This document shows positions 26,544-40,739 of a stretch of 63,643 nt of DNA, piece after piece (the first letter of the stretch is position 1; the number at the start of each line of letters is the position of its first letter). The notes beneath the pieces are model-generated. The model searched no databases. It saw only the letters and a list, made by a program, of their open reading frames with translations, and was not told the DNA's origin. The DNA is from Geosiphon pyriformis uo1 (taxonomy: Eukaryota; Fungi; Glomeromycota). The stretch lies in NCBI GenBank assembly GCA_016748015.1, contig JAAOMT010000299.1, positions 248,358 through 312,000 on the forward strand. The letters are read 5' to 3'. Position numbers and translations under genes: made by a program.

Positions 26544-28489
26544 TTACTCTTCGCTGCTTTCACCTTCATGTGCATCTGACATGATAACGTCACCGTTTGC
26601 GCTGGCACCACTGCTGCTTTTTTCTCCATTGTCTCTTGTTGGTGTTTGTACAGTGGTACCAGAACTGGAAGCCTTCCCGTTTGCAATCCCATTTCCATTG
26701 GGTCGTGCACCACCACGCTTTCTTCCGCCATTATTTCGGGTTTTCATCACCTCAAAGTTCTGAATTGTGTAATTTTTGCATTTAGACGCATTGGGCAAAT
26801 CTTGAATCATCTTTCGGATTGTTGCTTGAGAAAAACCGAAATAATCTGGACCGGACGCAGAGTTGGAATGGTCCCGATGACGGATTGCATTGGCTTCACG
26901 AACTACGGTGGTCCAAGCACCGGTAGCAGTGTTAGCTGTGATAGGTTTATTTGGTTGGTCTGCGGCTTCGATTACAAACTAATCGGTGTAGGAAGTAAAG
27001 TGTATGATAAGAAAAATATTCAAATAAGAATTGATTCAATCATTATGAAATTAAATTACCCTTGGTCCATCACCCCCATCTTCGATTTTGCAAGTATAAA
27101 TAGTTTGTAAATCGGCATTTATCATACTGTTGTAGGATCTGAGTAGGATAATCAAAGGTTAATTTCAATACAGAATGCCTTATAACAATCCATGGATTAT
27201 AAGAATATTATGGTAATGAAAATTTACCTTCTGACAGCATAGCCGACGGGCCAGATATACCTTTCGTTGTGGAAGGTGTCTCTGTCATGTACCACACTAC
27301 CAAGACTGATGACGGTTAATATACCAATTTGAACAGGTAATATGTAGTTTCCACGTTCATCTTTATCGACGTGTTGAACTTTCATTGTCTTGGTATTCAG
27401 TGGACGCTTGCTTGCGCGTTTTGTTGGAACTTTAGCTGTTGCTGTGTGGGTGATTGGGACCGTGTTAACAAGGTTATTGGCCGGAGCAGGAGATACCACC
27501 TTTTTAGTGGAAGGGCCTCGAGGACGTCCAGTTTTCTTAGCATTTCGCAAAGAAGGAATTAATGATGTATGAGAATTTCGTACAGAGGGAACTGATGATC
27601 CACGAGAATTGATGGCAGGAGATACTAGAATCGAAGAGAGAAGGATCGAAATTGAGTAATAAGTATTTGATTTAAGAAAAATTGATATTAAAGTTGTATC
27701 AATTGAAATTTGCCAAAAGCACTTAAGAATTTAGACAGCTGCAAGAGGGCAAATTACACTTACGTTCTTCAGAATCGTTAGATTCCATTGATGAAAGGTT
27801 TACAGACTTTTCGGAATCTGAAGAATCAGTGTCTTCATAGTGGCTAATGCGATCAAGCAGCCATCTATTGAATGAAATTTATGATTAGAGATTAAGAAAT
27901 TATTTAAATAGATATTAATTGAAGAATTGAAAATTAAAACATACTCTTTTTCACGTTTCAAAGTCCTGATTCGCTTACGGGCTCGATCGAGTTCAGTAAC
28001 AACGCGTTCGTTTTCCTGATTATGAGTATATTAAAAAATTATTATTGATCTTTTGATCTTTTAAATATATTGCATATCCTATTGAAAGTAATTTTTATAA
28101 GTTATCCCATTTTGCTAAAATTTCTTTAGTCTCAGAGAATTAAAAACAATGGTGTAGTAAAAAATATTTCTCTTATGTGTTGAGCAAACTGCTATATTTA
28201 TAATCGTGAGTTTGGTTAGTTGAACCTTTTACTCATGCTTAAAAGTGTTAGCAGGTCTTACTCTGGCTTCAATTTATTTTTATGTAAGTCTTTATATTTT
28301 TCAGATTCCCATTTTATACACGTTCCTTTATTTTTTTATTCCTGTGTCGTGACAAATGTAGTCAAGTTAAATACTTACAGTTTGGATCTCACGAACTCGA
28401 CGTTTAAGCTTTTGATAACGCTCCTGAGGAATGGTATCAACAGCAGAAGCTGCTTGGCGACGAGAGTTATGTGAATGGTTTTGAGCCAT
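26544..28489 (-). CDS. TBRG1-like chromatin protein (N-terminal coiled coil, AT-hook, FYRN-FYRC), ~397 aa; exons 28379-28489, 27945-28015, 27764-27864, 27228-27624, 27060-27138, 26544-26978
   Basis: RYQKLKRRVREIQTENERVVTELDRARKRIRTLKREKEWLLDRI; GRPRG; LPVQIGILTVISLGSVVHDRDTFHNERYIWPVGY...YTCKIEDGGDGPRFVI (FYRN); TGAWTTVV...SGPDYFGFSQATIRKMIQDLPNASKCKNY (FYRC). Five GT-AG introns with consistent phases. Confidence 0.88.
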
Positions 28490-29253
28490 TTGAAGTTATA
28501 TAGGTTAAATAAAGTTTTACAATTAACTTCAGATTGTATATAAACAAGTTTTATCGGTTCGAAAAAGACGTTTGATTTTGTATGTCGACAAATTAGGGAG
28601 AAGAGAAAGAAGTTGTTTATGTTTGAAAACTAAAGCTTCCGGTTAAATAGGTGTTGAGAGGTTGGGTGTGACTGATTTTGGGGTGGGAAAGAGTCACAAC
28701 AAAATCTTGTTTGCAGGTCTTAACTGAGAGTCAAGAAAGCCTAAATAGACAAAGCTTTAGTATAAGTGTGTATGGGAGTGCGTCAGTGTGTCAAGATGCG
28801 GAAAGGTATTTTCTGTGAGGAGGAAACTTTTTCGGTATTGATAAATATTTCACGGCAGACATAAACCAAGTTTGGGGGTGGTTGTGGTATCGTAGTATCA
28901 TAGTGCCGGTCGGTAAGTATTGGTTGGTTGGGTAAACGGTAAGTGTTGTTGAGGGGCTTTTAGTATAGCGGACGTTTCGGAAGGGCTTGTGTGTCTCTCT
29001 TTCAAAGGACAAAAAAAAGCCTCTGGCTTCAAGATGATGATTTCATGCTGTTTGAAACCTTTAATGACATTGATATGATTGGTTGATTTATTGATGTACA
29101 ACGTCAACACCATGCAATTTCTATCCAAAAATGGAACAACAAACTTGCAAGAGTCGGGGTGCCAATTTAATGAATTTGTTTTTCGACTACGTAACCATCT
29201 GATCAATACATTATACACAATTATTTATATTATTGTTTTAGAATAAAGAAATG

Positions 29254-29276
29254 ACACACACACACACACACACACA
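29254..29276. repeat. (AC)n microsatellite
   Basis: About 11 uninterrupted AC units. Confidence 0.95.
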
Positions 29277-31149
29277 TATTGGACGCCAATTCAAACAACT
29301 CTTTCCATGATTAAAAAGTCTTGTCTTGTGGTTCTTTTCCATGCTTCGGTTAGAATAGTACAATAAAAACCTTATATAATATTTTTCACTTTAAACCGGA
29401 AGAAAGAGAAGTGTAAAGTCAACAATTATATAAATAATTTTATTGTAAAAGGGGACGAAAGTTCTTTTTCTCATTTGATGATTTAAGAATATACTTTGAA
29501 AAATTTTAAATATTACCAAGAATAACAATATTAATAATGAAGACATGATAGAATCGGGAAAGACAGGAAAAAGGCAAAATATATTACATTCGAAGCTAGG
29601 TGTTGTTCCAAGTGCAAATGAAACGGATAAAAAAGGCCATGAGAAGAGAGATTTTATTGTATTCGGAGTTTCTTCAAACGATATTCAGCCAAGAGGTGTT
29701 TCTATTATTATCAATAATAAGAACCAATTGATTATTTTTCAATTCCCTTCTCGGTTTCTTGTCTCGTTAAATCTCTTATAAGACGAAAGAGCCAATTAAC
29801 AAAATCCACTTTCCTCTTTACGAACTTGGTTCACACGATGTGTATAAAAAACCCCTAAACAGGAATATTGATGATTATCAGACAGAATGTCCTTTCATTT
29901 GTGAAACCAAATGAGTTCGCTTTCAGAGATTTTCCGAATGAGTTGTTGGTAAATCCGATAAAACTCGGGATCACTTTTTAAAGGTACGCGATTTAGATGC
30001 TCTCGCGAAATTGAAAATAGACAAGATGACTACCATCTTAGGTCTACTTAATCATGTCATGTTGAACTCTAATGCTGTTGGTTCTATGAGAATTTAAGAT
30101 GCTTATTAAAAATTAAAAATCTTAAATAAAAAATCAATTTTCTGTGATAAATTGATTTCTTTTCTTATGTGTTGCCATGCGGTAAACTCGGTCTTTAAAT
30201 ACTGAAATCCCAAAGCAGAGAAGGCATTCAAAACTTCTTGCATAAGTTCAAACTTTCCAGTGTACCTTTGAGTGCAATAATAAAGTGCCCAAAAATTATG
30301 ATTAAAGGGGGTGTTAAAAATGATGATCCTATTAGGATTATCTAGGAGAATAATGAAAAAATTCCTTATTCAGACATTGCACAATGATTTTCACCATTTT
30401 GAAATTATTTCCAAGTTATTGGGCCCAAATGGTCAAAGATTTTTCCGGCCCATCTTTGTTCTTTGAAAAGTTGTAAAAAGAATACACGTGGGGAAATCCT
30501 GTGGATGTCGTGCACGAAAAAGAATCTCTATCAGCAAGCAGTAAATATGAGATTACGTGTATTAACGTCTGTCTTGCACACTTTCTTCGTCGCTCCATAC
30601 TTCTTTTGTCTCCTTGTTCTTCAAAGCCCGTAAAAAAGTAGGTATCCCACGAACTCACACTACGCAAACAACAACCATGACTTTGCCTTGACTTTGCCTT
30701 GAATTTGTCTCTTAAGAATACCAAAGCCCCCATTGGCCCCTTTTTTAGAACACTTTTCCATCAAATAACGAAAAAAAAAAATAGCACCTTTACTGACCAC
30801 ACGGCAAATATAGATGTCCCCTTACCCAAGATTTTCTTCCCTATATGGCGTTCTATCGTTCACGGCAGGCTTTTGAGACTTTCCACAAGCAAAAGCGAAC
30901 GGGTTTCGGATGATTGACCATTTGCCGAAACATTCAAGTTGTGGAACCTGTTACCTATGCTCGTTTCTGCAAGCTCCAAGTTCTCTGCCACCCTTAATTT
31001 GTAATTTGTTAATGAATTTTTTTAGCTGCTCCCAAACAAATAATGAATGAATAAATGAAATGAACTTTTATTATAAATGAAAATACGTTATCAATATTCT
31101 TACCTCCGTTTTAAATTCAGATCTATAGTTGGAAGCTTTTGCCATAAAT

Positions 31150-32985
31150 TTTTTGGGGTATCAATTTTGTTTTATATAAAAATTTTTTAACTGTAATGCT
31201 ATTTTTAATCTAACCATTATCCTTTTTCTTTTGATTACAAAATTTTTTTTATTTTAATATTTATAAAACAAAAAACAAATAAATTTAATAATAAACTTAA
31301 TTAATAATATTAATTTAATTAATTTTAATTATAAAAAAACCAACTTAAAACCAATTATAAAATTAACAATGCTAATAACAAGTAAAAAACCTAAAAAACA
31401 ACAATTTTAATATAAGAATATATTTTAAACTTTAAAATCTTAAAACTAATAATGAATTTAAAAAAATCACTAAAAAAAACAAACTTTTATACTTAAAACA
31501 ACATTAATATCTAAAAGTTTTTTATTAAATATGACTTTTTTTAAAGTAATCTTAATAATAATAATATTTAAATTAGCTTAAAAACCAAAAATAACAAATA
31601 TATATTTTAATTACCAAGATAAATAAAAAAACAAATATAATTATAAACTTAAAATCAACTTATTAATTTTAAGAACAGTATAATCAAAAAAATTTACCAA
31701 TTTAATTTTAAAAATATTTTTTAAATAATAATTTTTTTGATTTAAAAAAAATTTTTAATACTGTTTTTTTTTAATAAAAATTAATTAACAAGTTAAAACA
31801 ATATTTAAAATTTAAAATAAATAATATTATATTATTATTAACCAATAGATTTTAATTTAATATTAAAAATTTTATTAAAAACACTAATAATATTTTTAAT
31901 ATTATAAATATTAATTTAAAAAAAATCATTATAAAAAGCAATAACAGTAAAAATAAAAATAAAAACAGATATTATAAAAAATTTACAATCTTAAAAGTAA
32001 TAAAAAAAAATTAACAAGCAAAATTTTAAACAGTAATATTTAAAAAAAAACAAAAATTCAAACTTTATACAAAAAAACTTAATATTAGTTTTATATTAAT
32101 AAAATTATATATAAATTAAAAAACAGTCTTAATATAAGCTAGTTTAATTTTATTTAATTAATTATAAAATAATTTAATAAACTAATTTAATAAATTATAT
32201 GTAAAAATATAATTTTATTTTGCTTTTAAAATTAGTAAAGATTAATTAAAATTTATTATAATAAATAATATAATTAAAAACAAATTTAAAATAAAATAAA
32301 TTAATATATTTTTATTATTATTATTTAATATAAAAAATATTTTTTCATTTACAGTATTATTTAAATAGAAAACCAACTTAATTATAAAAAAACATAATTA
32401 AAATATAATAATATAATAATAAAAAATAATATACTATATAAAATAGTATATAATAATATAAAATAATATAAAATAATTAATAATAACATTAAATATTTAA
32501 TATTATTAAATTATATAAAATAATAAAAAATAATATAATTAACAAATTATAATTAATTATAACAACAAACTATAAAATAATAATAAAAATAATAAAATAC
32601 CAAATTTTAAAAATTATTTTATAAAACAAAAATTTAATTCTACTTTATTTTTTTAATTTAATAAAAATATTATTAAAATTCACAAATATATAAACTAAAT
32701 TTTATTAAAAAAATTTTTTTTTTATTAGACTATTATAATATTAAAGTATTTTTTTATAATTTTAAATTATTTTTTTATAATAATTAAATTATCAATATTA
32801 TTTGTACTATTTTCACTATTTTTAATTATTTATATATATACATATTTTTTGTTTTATAAAATAGATTTTAAAAATTTGTTATTTTTTATATTATCTTATT
32901 ATTGCTAATTATAATTTGTTATTTTATTATTATTTACTATTTAATAATATTGTTACAAATTAAAGTAACAAGTTAATGGAATAAT
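31150..32985. other. Extremely AT-rich decayed repeat relic
   Basis: Near absence of G/C, no ORFs; inverted similarity to ~15420-15610. Confidence 0.6.
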
Positions 32986-32997
32986 AAATCAATAAAT

Positions 32998-35900
32998 TTT
33001 ACCTAATCTTTCTCTTATTGATTCCCTGATCACAATGAAAGCAAAGATTTATCAAAGTTTTAATTAGTTTTTTTTCTCTTTTTTTTTGTATTTCTTCTAA
33101 TTATTTCTTCTGATTTTCTTTTTTTTATTGCAATGAATCCAGTAAGTGTGTTTGTTAGTAGGTCTAATTCAGGCTTGACTGGTTTGGAGATCTGTTTAAG
33201 TACTAAGAAAAAATGTGTGAAGAATGTTTACTTTTGAAGTACATTTCATAAAAAACTGAAGAAGTCTATTGTGAGTATTGGTGTAGTTAACTTGTCTGCT
33301 AGCCTTTTGGATCTCAGTAATATTGGTGTCTCTAATAGGAAGTCTGTGGTGTTATGGAGTAGCAAAGTTGGCAATGAAGCTAGTAATATTAGCAGTCTTT
33401 CAAACATGGAAAATATAAGAAATTTAGTTGCTAAGAAAACAAGCTATATTAATTCAAATAATTTGGTAGTAGATAACATTATGAATAATACCATGCGATG
33501 AAAAACTTGTACTTATATGTATGTGTTGGAGCAACTTCTAAAAACTCCTGTATTTGCAAATTTGAGTAATAACAACAATGTTTTGGCACTTCTGTCTCCT
33601 AAGTTTGATGGTTCCAAGTGGCTTCTATTGGCCAGATTATGTGTTTCAGAAAAATGGAATTTCAATTTAACAAAGTTATTTACATTGAATATTGGGTTGT
33701 CTGCCATTTTTGGCAAAACTTTGGGTAATAAATTGCTGTATATTAAAAGAATTTTTTATTGTGTGAATAGTTTTGGAAGAGCTTTAACTCCTTTAAAATT
33801 TCCAGATATTATTAGATTGTTATTTACATCTGAAATAAATTTGAAAATGACTAGAAAAATGGCAATTAGTAAGAAAATTTTGGTCAATGATAATCTCAGG
33901 AAAGTAAACAATTGTTTAGATTGGAAAGTGATTATCAAGAAGATTCCAATTAATCTTTCTAAATCAGCTGTAAAATCAGTCTTTTCCAAATTTGGCAAGA
34001 TTGTCTCAATCAAATTGCAATTAATTGGTCTTTAACAAAAGGCTTTAGTTGAGTTTGAATTATCTGATGTTGCCAGTTTGGTTGTCTCTAAATGGTCAAT
34101 GCTTATAAGAAAAAATTCTGTGTGTGGCTCTGGCAGTTGAGGACAAACAATCTTGAATTTCAAAAGATTAATATTGGGCTTTGTTGTATATTCTTCTGGT
34201 TGGCATAACAGCTCATGATTTGTCTGAATTGTTAGTATTATATGATGAAAAAACTTGTTTTATTGGCTGTAATCCAGTTATGTATGTTTATAATAGATGT
34301 GCTGTGATTTGTTTTGGTGATAAAGCATCCAGATTGGCTGCTATTGGTTCTACTTCTATCTTTAAGAATGTGAATTTGTGTTGGGCTAGTCTTTTTTTGG
34401 CTTGCTATGCTAGTTGCAAACAATTTAGTCATGTTTCTGTTGATTGTTCAGTGGGTAGAAATTCTGGTATTTGCAGTAAGTGGATGGTAACTTCTTAAGA
34501 TTAGGTCTGTCTGGCCAATATTTATAAAAAAAAACAGGTATCTATTGTTTGTTTAGTTTCTTTTAATGACAAAACTTGGGCCCAAGTTGCTGGTGGCTTT
34601 TCTTTTTATGTGGTTTTGTCAGATTTTTTTGGTGCTGGTTTGTCTTCAGATGCAAAATCTATCTCAATGGTTTCTAGTTCTCTTGATGTTTCTGGTTTAA
34701 CTGATCATTTGAATTCTTTGAAGTGTTTTTTAGAGCTTTTGACTGATCAAATGTTTGGTATTTTGAAAAAATTGAGTATTATTGGATTGGTGCTTTTGGT
34801 GTCATTTTTTCATACTCCCTCTTTGTTTATTTCTAAGTCACTGGTTTCAAGTTTGAACATGGATATGGCTTTGGATGGTGTATTGTTGTTATCTGCTCCT
34901 TTTTTCTTGGTTGTTAATAGTGCAATTACAGATTTTAGCTTAAGTAGTTCTAGGATATTGACCTCTAAGATAGGTGGTTTGAAGTTAAAAATAATGGCTT
35001 TGGAGGTGTTAGTAAATTCAGTTCTGAAGAAATTAGATTGTTTGTGTTCTGGTCTAATTTCATCAGCTCTTCCTATATCTCAATGAGTGGTCTAGTTTGG
35101 AAGTTTGCTACATATAATGTTTGAGGTATTAATGTCCCTACCAAGCAAAAAAATGTTGTTTGCTAACATGTGAGTTCAGATAATATGGTATCTTTTGTTA
35201 TGGAAATTAAATTGTGATCTAGTGTCAAATTATAGATTGCTAACAAGTTTGAGAGTGTGTGAATCTTTACATTCAGTTTGGAAAAAAGTTTTTTTGGTGC
35301 TGGTGTGGCCATTATTATGAACAATTCTTTGGCTTGTCATGTTTTTAAGGTAAAAGAAGTTCTTGGTTAGATTGTTTTGGTGTGGCTTCTGTTTAAGAGC
35401 AAGCTCTCAGTTATAGTTCTGAGTTTGTATGCTGGCACTTTATCCAAAGCTAGGTTTAAACAGGCTTTGAAAGTAAACTCCATCATTGTAAAGACTGTTA
35501 ACTCCAGCATTTTTGTGGTTTTAGATAGTAATTTTAATAAAAATAGGTTTGAAAAAAGTGCAAGTTTCAAGTTCTGTTTGGATTTGGATTTGGTTAATTC
35601 ATTTTTTGGTCATTATTTAGCCAAAGCTTCTATGTGAAGCAATTCAAGAGGGGTCAAGAAAACTATTGATTACATTTTTGTTAGTGGGAATTTGTCTTTA
35701 GCTGTTATTAGTTATAAGATTGGCTCTGTTTCTGGTTTCTTTGACACTAATCACAAAACTGTTATAGTGTCTATTGGCTTGGGTGGGCTTTTGGATGTTT
35801 ATCTAAATAGCTTGTACAAACAAGCTAACAAGAACTATTGAAAGTTTAAGATCAAGAATACAGATAGTGCCAAATAGGCAGAATTTAGAGAGTATTCTAT

Positions 35901-38900
35901 AGCTAAGTTATCAGCAGTAGAGAGTAAGTTTTTGGTGGCAGAGACCTATGATGATTTGGATACAATGTGAGAATTATTGGAGAAGATAATGGTAGGATTA
36001 GCTAATGAAATATTCTCTAAATATTGATTCAGTATATGTTAATGTTCGAAAAACAAACAATCTTCAAAATTTTCTAGATTAAAATTGCTGGTTGCCAAAA
36101 TTGTTAAAAAATTGGGCTCAGATGATGTTTTTGGTTTTGAGTATCTTGCTAGGAAATAGTTAATTCTGAATTTTAATGAGGCTCATAAGATTATAAACAT
36201 GATTCAATATAATAAAAAGTCAATGAATATTCTTAAGCATCTATCAATAGTTTGGAAAAAGTACAGAAAGTTCAAGCTTTATGAGTCAAAATTGGCTGAG
36301 AAGACATCTATTAGGAAGGCAATTGACAGGCACATGGAGAGTTTTTATTTGAATAAAAGGGGTATGATAAAAAGTATTTTGGACAAGTCTTTTTACAAGA
36401 TGGTTTTGGATTATTTAGTAGTAGATAATAAGTTGGTTTTGGAACCAAATGAGATGAAGCACAGTGTTGATAAGATTATAAAGAGTTGGACAAGAGTGCA
36501 GAAAGTGCTTTTGGTGTTGTCTGATCTCTGGACTTGACAATATATGTCATTGGATTATGTAAAAAATAATGCTTTTTCTAGTATAATGTGCTTTATTAGT
36601 ATAAGTGATTTGCTCTTGGTTGTTAATAATCTACTGGATAGCAAAGCTGCTGAATTGTCTGACATTCCTAATGAATTGTAAAAACATGGTAGTAATGAAG
36701 TTTTGGGGTGGCTTTTAATGTTGTTGAATGCATGTTTGACTGTTAATAGTGTTTTTATGTTATAAAAGAAAGCATAAGTTTTGATGATTTCTAAGCCTTA
36801 TAATTAAAATAGAGTTCTTACAAACACTTGGCCCATAGTTTTAATTAAGACTGCCAGAAAAATTCTTTCTAAAGTTCTGTCTAATTGTATTTTATTTGTA
36901 TGTAGCAAGTTTAGTGTTCTCTGTGATAATAACTTTTTGGTGTTGAAGAGTACATCTACACAATCTCCTGTATTTGCTGTTGGGTTAGTAATTAAGGATG
37001 CTTTCAAGAAGGATAGAAAACTTTGGTTGGTCTTGCAAGATATACACAAAGCATATAATTCTGTTAAATGATATTACTTAAAAACTAGCATGCAGCATAT
37101 TAGGATGTGTAACAGATTTATAAGGTTTTTTGGCAGTATACATGAGAATAAAATTAACAGAGTAATAACTGATTTCAGTTTATCAGATGACTATAGAGTA
37201 GCATAATAGTTTGGATTAAGATGAAGTCTTTTTGTCTCTTCTTTGGAGAATCTTCTATAATCCACTTTTGTGTAAGATTAAAAGACATAAGCAATTGTGT
37301 GAGTACTGAATCAATACTAAGTTTGTTTCAAAAATGGCCAGAATTAAGAGTAGTGGTGGAATAACTTCTTATTTTGTAGCTGGTGTTACAGATAATTATT
37401 TGAGGTCTCAAATCAAATAACAAACTCATAACTTGGTGCTCAATGTTTTGTTTGATATCAGTTGTTAGAAGGGTTATGAATCTAAAGGTTTTGTTAATCT
37501 GAAAGTTTGATTGTAGAGTTTTTTATATAATAGACAAAAATTCAATAGTTGTTTCTATAGCTTCCCAGAATTGTAATTTTGTCAAATTTCTTTCTCAGCA
37601 TGGTGGCCAGTAATCTTCCTGGTAAGCTATCCTCAAATTTATAAGTGTTTTACTCTTGTTTTACAGGTTTTTTACCAGTCCCTATGATGTCTATAACTCA
37701 GTGCTTAATTCTTAATTAATTAGTAAATTCAAAGAAATAACAAAAAGAAAAGTAAAACAAAAAAATAAAGAAATAAACAGAAGCAATTACAAGTTAGTAA
37801 CTCGTCAATAGCCATGATCAAGAGCTATTGTTCTAGTATAGTTAAGTATCAATTACTATTAACATGAAGTGTTGATAGTGGAAAGTGAATTGAGATATTT
37901 GAATAATTATTTATTTGTGATGTGGAAGGTTGCTTAGATCAAATCTAAACTGAGAGGTCTGTCTTTTCTACTTTTAATACTACCACTATATATACATAAT
38001 TGAGATTTCTCAATTCCTCAATTCTTTATACCAGAAATTCTGGAATTCCTGAAATCCTGCAATTTTTTTAAGAAAAATCCTGAAATTTTGAAATCCTGTG
38101 ATTTCTTGTACAAGAATCTTGAAATTTCTGAAATTCTGCAATTTTACTATGAAGAATTCTGGAATTCCACATTTACTACAGCTACTTCTAATTGGTTAAG
38201 TTATATGCTAATATATTTTTTATATTTTATGAGTAATACTGGCACATTTGTTGATAACACAATTTGGGTCAGAAACTGTCAGGCTGCCACTCAATATGCT
38301 TTAAACATTGCCAGTGAGTTTTTTAATATCAATAATATTTCCATCAACAATGAAAAAATGATGGCTATTCCCATTAATTAGGGAGTTAGGATTGCTTCTT
38401 TGAATATTAGTGGTCAGCTGATTTCAATTGCCAAAAAAGATAAAACACATTATTATTTGGGAATTTTTTTGTCTATTAAAAGATTATTCAAGCCAAGTGT
38501 TTTTAGGGCTTATTCTAATGTTTGGTTCTTTGTTAATGTTGTTTTTAAGAAGACTGTTATTAATAAACAGTTCTTGTATTTAATGTTAGCTGTTTTGCAG
38601 TCTATAGTTAGCTACTAAACTTAGTTCAGTTTTGTTTCAGCTAATATGTGTTGCAAATAGAATACCATAGTTAGGAAGAGGCTCAAGCTTAAAGCATGCC
38701 TGCTCCATGATTTTTTTAATACTACTTTATATCATCCTTCTTTGTATAACTTAAAATCTTTTGAACAAGTGCAATCTGAAAAAAAAGTGGCTTTTTTGGT
38801 GCTCTTTTCTAATGTCTTGAGCATTCTTGGGTGGTTATTTAATCATAGATTCTTAGATTTGCAAGTTTTAAAATAGGCTCCTTTGGATCCTTTGCAATTT

Positions 38901-40739
38901 TCTGTTAAATTATGTGTTAATCCAGTGAACAATTTTTTGGCTGAAATAGTAAAAATTTTTTTGGGCAGTAAGCTTTCTTTAGCAAACAATTTTTTTTAAT
39001 GCTTTTCATGGTTCTAATTGTTTTCTAATATTATTGATCTTTGGGAAGGCTTTGTACTTTGATTCTGTTCATTCTTTGAAACATTTTGGGATTGCTTTTG
39101 GCAATTGGCTTATTAATAAAAAGGGCAGTATATTGGATTGGAAGACTTTTTGTTATTGGAAAAAACTGGATCCATAAGACCCTGTTTCTCATTGGTTTGA
39201 AGTTGCATCTAAGTATTTGCTAAATCAAGTTTTATCTTCATTTGGCTGTGTTAACTTTGCTCAATCATGTGGTTTGAATGTTTTGAAGTCTGGCAAACTG
39301 TCTGCTATAAGAAATGGTTTGCATAAAGTTTGGTCTGGTTCTTTTGATATGTATACAGATGGTTCATTGAAGAGTGTTGGCTCTGCTGATGTCACTAGTG
39401 GTACAGTTGCATACTTTCCAGTTTTGGATATGAGTATTAGTGTTGCCATTGATGATTTTTTGTCTTTTACTATGGCTAAGTTGCAAGTTGTTGCTTTGTT
39501 CTTGGAATGTGTTCCATTTTCTAGTACAGTAATATTGTATCTCAACAGCCAAACTGCTATCAATACATGTATATCAGAATTGTTGTTTGCTATGCCTAAT
39601 TTTTGTAACCAGTATTAAATTAAAAGATGGCATATTTTCAATTTAAGAATTGGGTCAAGATTAAGAGCTATTCTGGAGTTACTGGTAATATAAAGACTGA
39701 TTTTGCAGCTGGAATGGCTGCACAGTCTTCTTTTTTATTATTGGCTGGTGTGTAGAAGCATTTTTTGGTGGCTGATAACACAGCTGTGTCTGGCAGTATC
39801 TGTTATTTTGTTAGAGATATATTTTGGTCTATTAATTGTGCTTATTGAAAAGCTGGTTCTGGTTGTGGTGTGGTTCCAGATATGTTGGTCAAGTATGTGG
39901 ACTGAATTTTTACTGCAAAGATATGGCACTCCAATTCTCATATGCTCACTAAATTTACTAGCTAGAAGTCTTCCAACTTGTGTATGTATTTGATAAAAGC
40001 CATGCACAGGCAACTTCTAGTGATGGTCAAAAAAAAGTTGTATGATAAAAGTTATTCTAGTGTGCTATATTTGTTGTGTAATAAAGTGGAGTTTTTAGAT
40101 CATGTATTCACTTGTGCTCAGAATGTTGTTGTTCATAATGAAATTTTGGTTAAAGCTTCTGTATAATAGACTGCTTTGGTTGGTATTCATAATTTGTTTT
40201 CTTCTGCTGTTTTGCAGATTATCTCTTAATGTTTCTTAGACACTGGTTTATATACTATTATGTGTAAAAGATTTGTGTTGAAATAATGATGTAATGAAAC
40301 TTTTGGTATTTTTAAGAATAGAAAGAAGACTGCTGTTAGGGTTGTTGAATATATGAAATTTGTTGTGGAATTGTATTGTGCTAAGACATGGTTGATAAGA
40401 TCTAAGCATAGAGTGAAAATAAAGAAAATTGGTTTGGCTTGTAATGATGATGTAGTTTCTGGGCTGTTTTATAGTATGTTATTGAAGTTATCTGATGAAG
40501 TGGTCAGGTTGCTTGATATTATTGAGTCTTTTGCTATTAGCTTTGATTATCACAAGCCATGTCATTTTTTTTCTGGTTTAGATGGTAATATATAAGTTAA
40601 TATAAGTGTATAGTATTGCCTTGTCTAACCTAAGTGGCTAGTCATATGTAGTAAATACATAAGTTGTGTTTAGTTTGGGTCACTTAGTTTGGTCTTAGCA
40701 GTTGGATTTTACTCTTTAAATACATAATAAATAAAAAAA
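32998..40739 (+). mobile_element. LINE copy 3, full length, heavily degenerate (ORF1 33133-35086, ORF2 35083-40613), interrupted by a solo LTR
   Basis: Same domains, 5' hairpin and 3' UTR as copy 2; candidate TSD AAATCAATAAAT (32986-32997) / AAATTAATGAAT (40737-40748), differing by two transitions. Confidence 0.9.
37384..38238 (-). mobile_element. Solo LTR related to Gypsy C, 4-bp TSD CTGG
   Basis: Reverse complement matches the element C LTR (T[G/A]TTACTCATAAAATATA..., GGAATTCC repeats, ATAGCTCTTGATCATGGCTATTGACG, ...TGTAACA); CTGG at 37380-37383 and 38239-38242; removing it restores the LINE RT motif AG-x-FVD-x-TIWV. Confidence 0.92.

Noticed and set aside
26414-27572. Alternative ORFs 26414-26731, 26646-27110, 27371-27572
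   Set aside because: Overlap exons of the FYR gene in other frames or strand.
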